Part shown: positions 1 to 9,606 of the stretch, one piece after another
Position numbering within the stretch: position 1 is the first letter of the stretch
Layout: every line of letters starts with the position of its first letter
Origin: Scenedesmus sp. PABB004
Taxonomy: Eukaryota
DNA: 64,000 nt
Assembly: GCA_014905635.1 (NCBI GenBank)
Contig: CM026547.1
Coordinates: 1,736,001 to 1,800,000, forward strand
Direction: 5' to 3'
The notes under the pieces: model-generated
The model's database searches: none
Seen by the model: only the letters and a program-made list of their open reading frames with translations
Told to the model about the DNA's origin: nothing
Translations under genes and position numbers: made by a program

Positions 1-1444
1 CCGGCGGCGCGGTCGCCACGCCGCCGAGCGACAGCCGCGCGAGCGACGCCACGGCGAGGTCGGTGAGCCCCGCGGTGCAGCCCCTGTGCTTTGGGGCGCC
101 GGCGGCCGGCGCCAGCGCCGGCGAGGCAGCGCGCGGCGCGGCCCCCAGGCGCGCCGGCGGAGCGGCCGCTGCTGACGGGGGCGCGCCGGACGACCAGCAG
201 CAGCAGCAGCTGCTGCCGGCGGCGCCGGCCGACCCCGACTCGCCCGCGGGCCACGCCAACGCCGACGCCGAGGCGATCCTCGAGGCGGCGCAGCAGCTGC
301 TGCTGCTGCTGGCGGCGGCGCCCGCGGAGGGCGCGCGGCGCCGGCCCGCGCCCCGCGGTGCGCCTGCCGGCGGCAGGAAGCGCTCGCGCCCCGCTCCGGC
401 GCCAGGCGGCGCGCTCGGGGGCGCCGGGCAGGCGCCGCGCGCAAGCCCGCCGCGGCGCCGTGCGCGCCCGCGGCGGCCGCTGCGGCGCCCCCGCTCGCGC
501 CCGGCGGCCGCGTGCCGCGCGCGGCGGCGGTGGCGGCGCGCGCCAAGACGGCTGCGTGGGTCGGCGTGGCGCGGGTCACGCCGCCGGGCCGCCCCGGCGC
601 CCCGGCCCCCGCGCTCTCAAAGGAGCAGCAGCGGCAGGAGCAGCTGGAGCAGCAGGAGGAGGAGGAGCAGGAGGAGCAGGAGGAGGAGGAGCAGGAGGAG
701 GAGGCAGAGGCCTCGCAAGACTCGTACGGCGCGGACTGGCAGCCCGAGGAGCAGGCGGCGGCGGGCGCGCCGGCCGCCAGGCCCCGCCGCAAGCGCGGCC
801 AGCAGCAGCGCAGGCTGCACGGCGGCGAGCAGCAGCAGGGCGAGCAGCCGGCGGCCGGGGCGGGCGCGGCCAAGCGGCGGCGCACCGCGCCCCTGGGCCA
901 GGCGGTGCAGCAGCACATCGCTCACGTCCTCACCCTGCTGCCTGACGACCAGCTGCCAGCTGCGGCGGCGCCCCCGGCCGGCGCGGCCGGGGGCGGGCGG
1001 CAGGGCGGCGGCGGCGAGGCGCCCGACGCGGTGGCGGCCGCGGCGGCCGCCGCCGCCGCCGCGGCGCCGCCGCCGCCCGAGCGCAAGGGCGGCAAGGGCG
1101 GCCGGCCGCGCGGCTCGGGCAACCGGCAGCAGATGGCGCCGCGGGGTGCGGGCGGCACGTTTGCGGCGCGCAGCACGCGCTACACGGGCGTGTACGCCAA
1201 CAAGCGCGCCGGCAGCGGCTGGCGCGCGCAGTTCTGCTGGGCCGGCCGCGTGCTCAACCTGGGGACGTACGACTCGGAGGACGACGCCGCGCGCGCCTGG
1301 AACGCGGCTGCGCTCTTCTTCCGCGGCGAGGGCTGCTGGCTCAACCCGGCCGTGCCGGCGCTGCCGCCCGACTACGCGCCCGGCAGCCTCGGCAGCGCGG
1401 TGCCGCCGGCGACCGCGGCGGCCGCGGCCGCGCGGCGCGCGTGA
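1..1444 (+). CDS. AP2-domain transcription factor (5' end uncertain, possibly upstream of the window)
   Basis: ORF 512..1444 has STRYTGVYANKRAGSGWRAQFCWAGRVLNLGTYDSEDDAARAWNAAALFFRG, an AP2/ERF domain, after an acidic Glu/Gln tract and a GRPRG motif. Upstream coding-like sequence (AEAILEAAQQLLLLL) is in another frame, implying an intron or indel near 410-450. Stop TGA at 1442-1444. Confidence 0.8.
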
Positions 1445-1514
1445 GGCGGGCGGGCGCCGGCGCTGCGCTGCCCGGGGGGAGGGGGGGGGGCGTCCTCCGG
1501 TGTCACGTCCGGTG

Positions 1515-1519
1515 TTACA
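1515..1519 (-). promoter_or_regulatory. TGTAA polyadenylation signal, probably for secreted-protein copy 1
   Basis: TTACA on the + strand, downstream of the minus-strand gene ending near 2168. Confidence 0.45.
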
Positions 1520-1907
1520 GTCGGGGCTGCTGCACGCAGTGCACGCAGCGCAGTCTTGCGCGCCGGCGGCTGGCCTCTTGCCGCGTTTCCACACGCCACG
1601 GTTTCTCGTCCACCGTGCAGGGTTTAGGTGGTGAGCCACATGTTCACATGCCAGACAGAGGGGGTGGGCGGGCGGGAGTGCAGTGGACACGGAGGGAGTG
1701 CGGCGCTCGCCGCCGCGCGTGTGTGTGGGGTGGGGTGGGATGGGGTGCGGTTGCGTGGGGTGCGTGGGCTCCTCCACAGAGGAGGAGTGGACAAGTCCTG
1801 CGTCTTTCCTGAGCCCGTGCGCGCGCGGGTGAGTTCGAAGCCCCCGGTTCAAAGCCGCCCGGTGCCCCCCGTGCAGTGCAGCGCGCCCCGTGCGTTCCGG
1901 AGAGGCT

Positions 1908-1912
1908 TGTAA
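1908..1912 (+). promoter_or_regulatory. TGTAA polyadenylation signal, probably for the AP2 gene
   Basis: Chlorophyte UGUAA signal downstream of the stop at 1444. Confidence 0.5.
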
Positions 1913-2167
1913 CGAGGCGGCCAACACACAAACTTGCTTTAAAGCGGCAGCCTGCCCGGCTCGCCAGGCTCGCTGGGGCCCGCCCCCCACTCCCGCACGA
2001 CACCGGCGGCGTCGTGCGAGGCTGCGGCTTCACGCGGACACTGCGGCGGGCGGGCAAGCGATCACAAACGCCCGTTTGCTCGTGCGGCCGGCGCGCGGCG
2101 CGCGGCAGCACGCGCCCCCCGCGCCCCGCGTGCGCCCCGCACGCGTGCGCGCTCGCACCCGTGGTGG

Positions 2168-3056
2168 TCATGGAGCGGACACGAACACTGCGGCGGTGCA
2201 TGGGTGGGCAAGCGAGCAAGACCGCCCGTTTTTTCGTGCCGCCGGCGCGCGGCGGCGCGGCAGCACGCGCCCCGCGCCCCGCACGCGCCCCGCGCGCGCA
2301 CTCGTGGACATGGAGCGGATGGTTGCCTTGCCGGTGGCCGCGACGGCGTTGCAGACCTTGGTGATGCCGGCGTAGGGGCGGGAGCAGACGGGGTTGGGCG
2401 CGTCGCGGGCGCTGGTGCCGGTCAACACCTCCATCGTCATGTAGACGCTCTCTTCCACGTACATGGGCTCCGGCAGCGGGGCGTCGCCCGACGAGACCGA
2501 CAGCACGGCCCGGAACTGTGCACGTGCGCGCGCGCGGGCGGGCGGGCGGGCGGCTCGCACGGCGGGTGGCGCGGCGGCGGGCGGGCGCAGCGGGCGTGCG
2601 CGCGGCGCGGCGCGCGCGCGCACGGTGGGGCCGCGCGTGGAGGCCGGGTTGCAGCGCCCGGTGAAGCCCGTGATCATGGAGCTGACGTCCGCTTCTACGA
2701 GAAATTTCTGAAACACTTCGGTAATCATCGCCTGCGGCGCCGCGCGGGGGAAAGGGGCGGGGAGTCGGGCTCGCGCCCCGCGCGCGCCCGCCCGACGCGC
2801 GGCGCGCCGGCGCGCGCGCCTTGACGTCCTCCTTCCACTTGGGATACGCTTTCTCGAGGTCGGTGCACGTGTACTTGGTCTTTGTGTCGGGGTTGGTCTT
2901 GTAGGCAAAGGCCACAGTGACGGTAAACTTGCCGGTCAGGGAGGTCGGGGGCTCAACAGCCGCGAGCGCGCGGCCGGCAGCCACGGCCGCGCTCGTCGGC
3001 GCGCACGCGAGCGCCAGGGCCGCGGCGGCCAGGGCGAGGACGGCGGCGGCGCGCAT
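2168..3056 (-). CDS. Small secreted Cys-containing protein, tandem copy 1 (4 exons)
   Basis: Signal peptide MRAAAVLALAAAALALACA followed by GRALAA. Exons 3056-2820, 2731-2624, 2515-2302 and a short last exon ending near 2168. First intron is GC-AG. Paralogous to copies 2 and 3. Confidence 0.8.
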
Positions 3057-3961
3057 GGTGGCGACGGTGCGGCGGGTTCTGCGGGGAGGAAGGGTCACCG
3101 CGGGCGCTGCAGCGGCGGCGTCAACGCAGGCGGTGCCGCCGCGCCGCGCGCTTGGCCGCCCACGCCCCGGGCTCCAGCTGCTGGCGCTGGAGCTCGTCGT
3201 GCGGGCGACGCGTTGCCGCCGTGCGCTGGCGGCAGGCCTGTCCCTGTCCCAGTCCCAGACCCAGATCCTGTCCCGGGCGATCCCGGGCTGCTGTCCGCCC
3301 GATCCGGCCGAGCGCTCGCCGTAAGCGACTACCGCTCACCTGGGGGCAGTCGCCGCGGCCGGGCGGCTTGCACGCGTCGGCGGAGGCAGCTCCGGAAGGG
3401 CGCTGCCGGGCCTGGTGGGCTGGCTCGCGCGTTTGGCTGGCCGCCGAGCGTCCTGGGAGTGGTCACGGAGTGGTTGCTGCCGGGACTGGCGGTCGATGCG
3501 AGGTCGGCGTCGCGGCCGCTGGCGGCGCCTGTCCGGCTGCTGCGGTGACCGCCGGGCTGCCAGCGCCAGGCTGCGGCCGCCTGCGGCCGCCAGAACAACG
3601 CAGCAGGTCTGCCACTCGCAAGTTTACCATTAACCTCGGCTCGATGGGTGACAGACAGAGGGAGGCGGTTGATGCGAGAGGCAGTGCACACCCGCCGCGC
3701 GCGGGGTGTGTGCGTGCGTGAGTTCCTAGAAGGGAGGGTGAGCGGACAAGTGCTGGCCTTCTCTGAGCCTGTGCGCGCGCGCGCGCCGCGCGCGGCGTGC
3801 GGGCGAGTCTGAAGCCCCCGGTGCCCCCCGTGCAGTGCGGTGCGCCCCACGTGTTGCGTCGAGGCCTGTGACGAGGCGGCGCCACACACAGCGGCCGGCT
3901 GCCCGGCTCGCCAGCTGAAGCCGCGCCGCTCCCGCCGGTCTCGTTCGACACCGCGATGTTC

Positions 3962-4954
3962 CTAGTTCACTGCGGCGGTGCGCGGGCGGGCAAGCGCTCA
4001 AGATCGCCCGCTCGCTCGTGCGGCCGGCGCGCGGCGGCGCGCGGGAGCACAAGCCCCGCGCGCCCCGCGCGCGCCCCGCACGCGCGCGCGCGCTCGCACC
4101 CGATGCGTTGATGGAGCGGATGGTCGCCTTGCCGGTGGCCGACACGGCGTCGCAGACCTTGGTGATGACGGCGTAGGGGCGGGAGCAGACGGGGTCGGGC
4201 GAGCCGCGGACGTTGGTGCCGGTCATCAGCGCCGCAGTGTCCTTGATCAGCCCCAGGATGACCGCCTCGGGATACGGCAGCTGCAGGTCGCCCGACGAGA
4301 ATGGCAGCACGGCCCGGAACTGTGCGCGTGCGCGCGGGCGGGCGGGGGGCGGCGGGCGGGCGGGCGGGCGGGGCGGGCGGGCGGGCGGGCGGGCGGGGGG
4401 CGGCGGGCGGGCGGGCGGGCGGGCGGGCGGGCGGCGGGCGGGCGGGCGGGTGGGGCGGGCGGGCGGGCGGGCGGGCGGGCGGCTCGCGCGGCGGCGGGCG
4501 CGGCCGGGGCAGCGGCGGCGGGCGCGGCGCGCGCGCGCACGGTGGGGCCGCGCGTGGAGGCCGGGTTGCAGCGCCCGGTGAGGCCGGTGAGCAGGTACGA
4601 CACGTCCTGCTTGTACTTGGCGTAAAACATGCCGACGACCATCGCCTGCGGCGCGGCGTGGCGCGGCGGTTGTTCGGCCCGCACGCCCCGCGCGTCGGGC
4701 CCCGCGCTGGCCCTTCAGCGCGCCTTGATGTCCTCCTTCCAGTTCGGATACGCTGCCTCGAGGTCGGTGCACGTGTACTTGGCCTTTGTGTCGGGGTTGG
4801 TCTTGTAGGCAAAGGCCACAGTGACGGTGATCTTGCCGGTCAGGGGGGCCGAAGGCTCAACGGCCGCGAGCGCGCGGCCGGCGGCCACGGGCGGCGGCGC
4901 GCACGCGAGCGCCAGGGCCACGGCGGCAAGGGCGAGGACGGCGGCGGCGCGCAT
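3962..4954 (-). CDS. Small secreted Cys-containing protein, tandem copy 2
   Basis: Same signal peptide and VAFAYKTNPDTKAKYTCTDLE..W exon as copy 1, with equivalent intron positions. GRC and PVCSRPY..KVC motifs conserved. Stop TAG at 3962-3964. Confidence 0.8.
4335..4482. repeat. Intronic (GGGC)n microsatellite expansion
   Basis: Long imperfect gggc run in intron 2 of copy 2. The equivalent intron of copy 1 has only a few units. Confidence 0.85.
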
Positions 4955-5809
4955 GGTGGCGACGGTGCGGCGGGCTCTGCGGGGAGCAAGGGTCACCGCG
5001 GGCGGTGCAGCGGCGGCGTCAACGCAAGCGGTGCCGCCGCGCCGCGCGCTTGGCCGCCCACGCCCCGGGCTCCAGCTGCTGGTGTTGGAGCACGTCGCGC
5101 GGGCGACACGCCGCCGGCGTGCCCCCTGGCGCTGCTGGCTGGGCCTGCTGCATTCGATCCTCCCCTCGCCGAATCGGGCGGATGGACCGCCCGATTCAGC
5201 CGTGCGCTCGCTGAACAGCGACTAACGCTCACCTGGAGACAGTCGCCGCGGCCGGGCGGCTTGCACGTGTCGGCGGAAGCAGCGGCGAACAACCGCTGCA
5301 GGGCAGAGCCGGTGGGCTGGCTCGCGCGTTTGGCTGGCCGCCGAGCGTCCTGGGAGTGGTCACGGAGTGGTTGCTGCCGGGACTGGCGGTCGATGCGAGG
5401 TCGGCGTCGCGGCCGCTGGCGGCGCCTGTCCGGCTGCTGCGGTGACCGCCGGGCTGCCAGCGCCGGGCTGCGGCCGCCTGCGGCCGCCAGAACACGCAGC
5501 AGGTCTGCCACTCGCAAGTTTACCATTAACCTCGGCTCGATGCGCGCCGCGTGACCGCCGCCGCCACGCACCACGTGGCACTCGCCCGCCCAAAGCGATC
5601 AGGGGATGATGCCAGAGGATTGTGCATACACTCAGCTGATATGCATGCACGCTCAGTGTGCGCAGTTTGATCACGCGCAAGAAAGCCCCTCACCCCACCT
5701 GGCTCAACCACCACTGTGCAGCAGCTGCGCCTCAGCTGGACTGCCCCCCCCCCCCCGCCTCGCTTGCTGTGCACCCATCCACGCACAACCTTGCGCGCCC
5801 GCCCCAGCA

Positions 5810-6827
5810 TCAGGTGACGACTGCGGCGCGAGCGCGCGGGCGGGCGGGTGCCACCAGTGAGCGCCGGCGGCGCGCGCGCGCTGGCGGCCGCGCGCCGTCC
5901 CGCCGCGCGCTGGGGCCGCCGCGCCGCACCCTTGACGGCGATGGAGCGAAAGGCCGCCATGCCGGTGGCCTTGACGCTCGCGCAGACGGCCTGCAGCGCC
6001 TTGAACGGCCGCTTGCAGACGGCCTTGGCGCCCGTGTTGGTGCCGCTCGCTGCCGTGGCGGCCTCGATGATGAACTCTGTGATGTCCTCGCGGACGGAGC
6101 TCGCGTCGTACTTGAGCGTCGCGCGCAGCTGCGGCGGCGCGGGGCGGCGCGGGGCGGCGCGGCGCAGCGCGTGGGCGGGGCGGCGCGACGACGTGACGCG
6201 CGTCGACAGCGCTGGCGCGGCGCGTGGACAGCGCTCGCGCTGCGCGGCGCGGGGAGCGTGCGCTGGCACGCCAGCGGCCGCGCCCTGGGGCGCGCGCCGC
6301 ACCGTGCCCTGCGGCGAGCAGCCGCCAGTGGTGTCAGTGAAGTAGCGTGTGGGGTTGACGCCGTAGAGCTTGTTGAACACGTTGGTAAACACGCCCTGCC
6401 GGCAGCGTCGACGGCGGCGCGGGCCGGCGGGCTGTGAGACCCCGGCGCCGCGGCCGGGCGCGAGCCGCCCCCGTGGTGTGGCGCCCGCGTGCGCGCACCT
6501 GCATGTCGGCCTTCCAGTTGGGAAAGACGGCCTCCAGCTCGCCACACGTGTAGCGCTTGCCAGTCGCGGGGTTGGTCTGGCGCACGGCGCATGCGGGGGG
6601 CGCGGCGCGGCGCCGCGTCAAACGCACGCACGCCGCGCCGCGGAGCGGCGCGCACAGGCGTTGCGGTGCTGCGGCGGTACCTTGTAGGTGAACGCCACCT
6701 CAATATCCAGCTGACCGACGTTCACCGCCTCCTCGCGCGCCAGCGACCGGCTGGCGGCCGCGCCCGGCGCCGCGCACAGCGCGAGCGCCGCGACCGCCAG
6801 GGCGAGGAGTGCGGCGGGCCGGCGCAT
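5810..6827 (-). CDS. Small secreted Cys-containing protein, diverged tandem copy 3
   Basis: MRRPAALLALAVAALALCA..SRSLA..VAFTYK|TNPATGKRYTCGELEAVFPNW..GGCSP..AVCKRPF..AVC. Same four Cys as copies 1 and 2, plus one extra intron. Confidence 0.75.
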
Positions 6828-7464
6828 GGCTGCGGCGTGGCGGCGGCGGGTCGGGGCGGCGACTGGTTGGGCGGCGCGGCGGCGAGTGTGTCCGCGGGGG
6901 GGGGGGGGGGGACGGCAGCAGCGCGGAGCGGAGCGTCACCGGCGGCACCGGACGCCGCTGGCGCCGCGCCGCGGCCGGCGAAAAGACGGCCACGGCCGAC
7001 TTAAAGACGGCCGCAACCCCGGGGAGCGCCAGCCAGGCGGCTCCGGCCAGCGGGCGCATCGTGCTGGCCGGGCGCGGCGCTGGCGATGCCCGGCGACCTC
7101 CGCGCGGCCTCCGCGGCCAGCAAGCCGACGCGCGGCCGCAAAGCCCTGCCCTTCCGCCCCTCCAGCCCGGGCCACTCACCGAGGACGTGCAGTTGGCCGC
7201 GCGGGCCCTGGAGCGGCAGCAAGGAAGGTTGGTGCCGGCTGCTGGCGGGTGCGGCTGGCTGGCGGCGGGCGGCCAAGGTTCGGCTGGGGGCGCTCGCGCT
7301 CTGACGGCCGGCGGAGCAGAACAGGTACGCTGGTGGTCGGCTGTTGCGGCCGCTCGGCTGCCGTCCCGTCCCTCGCCGCGCCACGGCGCAGAGCTGCTTG
7401 CGAGCGACTGGAGGGCTCCGGGACTGCCCCACTCGCTCACCCCGGGCAACGCCCCTCTCTCTCG

Positions 7465-9013
7465 TTACCGCGCCGCGCCGAGGTCGGGCACGTGCGTGCC
7501 GCGGCGCACCTGGCCCGCGTCGACGATGACCGCGCCCGCGTCCGCGGTCGCGGTGTTTTCGGGCGCGCCACGTGCGAGCGCGTTGACCGCGTCGATCACG
7601 TCGTGCCCGTCCACCGCCTCGCCAAAGATGGTGTAGTGCCCATTGAGGTGCGGCGCGGCCTCGACCATGATGGAGAAGTGGGAGTCGTTGGTGTCGGGGC
7701 CCGTGTTGGCCATCGACAGCAGGCCCTTGCGGTCGTGCTTGAGCGCGAGGCCGCCGGGGTCGTCCTTGAACTGCCCCCCGCCCGGCAGCGCGCTGTCCGT
7801 GTTGGCGCCCGCCTGGTCGATGAAGCCGTGGATGATGCGGTAAAAGGGCTTGCCCTTGAGCGCGTACGGCTCGCCCGCGTGCGCGCGGCCCGCCGGCACG
7901 GCGCCCGCCTCGCCTGCGCGGCGCGGCGCGGCCGCGCTCGGCGGCGGCGCGCGTGCACGCGCGCGCGCGCGCGCGCGCCCACGCGGCCCACGCGGCCCAC
8001 GCACGCACCCGTGCAGAGGCGCCGGAAGTTCTCGGCCGCGCGCGGCGAGGTCTTGGAGAAGAGCACAAAGTGCACCCGCCCCACGCGCCGCCCCGCGATC
8101 GCGACGTCGAGCCACACGAGCGGCAGCGACGCGTCGCCGCGCAGCACGGCGAGGCGGCGCGACTCGGCGTCCGCCTGCGCGGCGCGGTCCGCGTCGGCGT
8201 AGAGCGCGCCGCTGGTCCAGTTGGTGCCTAGGCGGCGCGGGCGGCGCAGGCGGCGCGGGCGGCGCGGGCGGCGCGGGCGGCGCGGGCGGCGCGGGCGGCG
8301 CGGGCGGGCGTCGGCCGCCTCGCGCCCCCGCGTGCGCGCCGCAGCCGCCGCGCGCCCGCGCCGGCGGGGCACGCGGCCCGCCGCGCGGCCCTGCTCCTCA
8401 CCGCGGCCGCCGGCGATGTGGGTGAGCCGCATGTCGGGCTGCCGCTTCAGCCAGCACTCGCGGTGCCGGCCCGCGCCGCAGCCGGCGGGCTCGCCGCACC
8501 AGACCCACACGTTGCAGCCGCGCGCCCGCGCGCCCGCGCAGGCCTCGCAGCAGGCCGCCGCGCTGTCTTTGAGGTGCGACGCGCCCCACTCGACCGTGTC
8601 GCCGCCGTACTCAGCGCCGGGCTCCGGGTGGCAGCCGCCCGCCGCGGGCGCCGCCGCCTGCGCCGCGGCGACCGCCGCCGCCGCGGCCGCTCTGGCGGCC
8701 GCCGCGTGCGCCGCCGTCGCGCTGCGCGGGGCGCGCTCTGCGCGCGGCCGGGGCGCGCGGGTCGGGCGGCGCGCGCGCGCACGTGCGGCCGCCGCCGGCC
8801 GCCGCGCGCACCCTCGGGCCGCTGGAGGTGCTGCGGCGCGGCGTGGTGTGAGGGCGCGAGGAAGGACGAGAGCGAGAGCATGCCCACCAGCGTCAGCAGC
8901 ACCACAAACAGGTGCGCGCCGCCGCCGAGCCGCGTGCGGGCCGCGGTGATGGACGCCGCCAGGTTGGGCGTCGACCGCCGCATCGCCGGCGGCAAGCCGG
9001 CGCCCGGCGGCAT
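7465..9013 (-). CDS. Cyclophilin-type peptidyl-prolyl isomerase with N-terminal membrane anchor and PAN/apple-like domain
   Basis: Cyclophilin motifs: SPRAAENFRRLCTG, FYRIIHGFIDQAG, GLLSMANTGPDTNDSHFSI, HLNGHYTIFG. PAN-like segment: SAAACCEAC..CNVWVWC..ECWLK..WTSG. Hydrophobic segment LFVVLLTLVGMLSL near the N-terminus. Confidence 0.85.
8231..8305. repeat. Intronic 9-bp tandem repeat (GGCGGCGCG)n
   Basis: About 8 units inside a cyclophilin intron. Confidence 0.8.
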
Positions 9014-9606
9014 CGCCCCCGCGCGCCGCTCTGCGCGTGCAGCGCACGCTCACGGCGCGCGGCCGGCAGCGCGCCGGCGCATGCCCGCTCCCGCTGCCGC
9101 TGCTCTCGTGTCGGCCGGCGAGCGCCGACAGCGGCGGCGAGCGGCGAGCAGCGAGCAACGGCAGCGACGGCGAGCGCAGCAGCGGCGAGCGCAGCAGCGG
9201 CAGCGGCGGCGAGCAGCAGGGGTGCGGGACGGCGAGCGGTGGCGGGCGACTCAGATCGACTGAGAGGGGCGGCACTGGATGGGGCCCTGGCGCCGACGCG
9301 CCGCACGCGCGCACTCGTCATTTTTCGCGCTCTCTTGTTCAAATTCTGCAGCCCCTCAGCACCCCGGGCGCCCCCGGCCGACACCTGCTGACCGTCGTGC
9401 AGACAGGCGGACAGGTCGCGCGCGTCCGGAACAACGGGCGTGCGCCGCGCAGCGCCGCAGCGGCAGCGGAGCCGCCACGCGCAGCCCGGGCGGGGCGACC
9501 GCTCTTGGAGTGGGCTCGTCCCGGGGGCGTGCAGCCCGCCGCGGCCACGCGCGGTGCGGCGCGGCGCGGCCCCCGGCGCAGCAGCGCCGCCCGGCGCAGC
9601 GGCGGC

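Larger units (their letters stand above)
1780..5543. repeat. ~1.9-kb tandem duplication (about 1780-3650 and 3740-5543) carrying copies 1 and 2
   Basis: Non-coding blocks 3323-3647 and 5225-5542 are near-identical over most of their length (e.g. actcgcaagtttaccattaacctcggctcgatg). Downstream blocks at ~1790-1975 and ~3745-3915 are also similar. Confidence 0.85.

Noticed and set aside
1619..1630. AGGGTTTAGG as an interstitial telomere repeat
   Set aside because: Only about 1.5 units, which is compatible with chance.
4335..8305. Short tandem repeats as a CRISPR array
   Set aside because: They are simple intronic microsatellites with no unique spacers and no cas genes.
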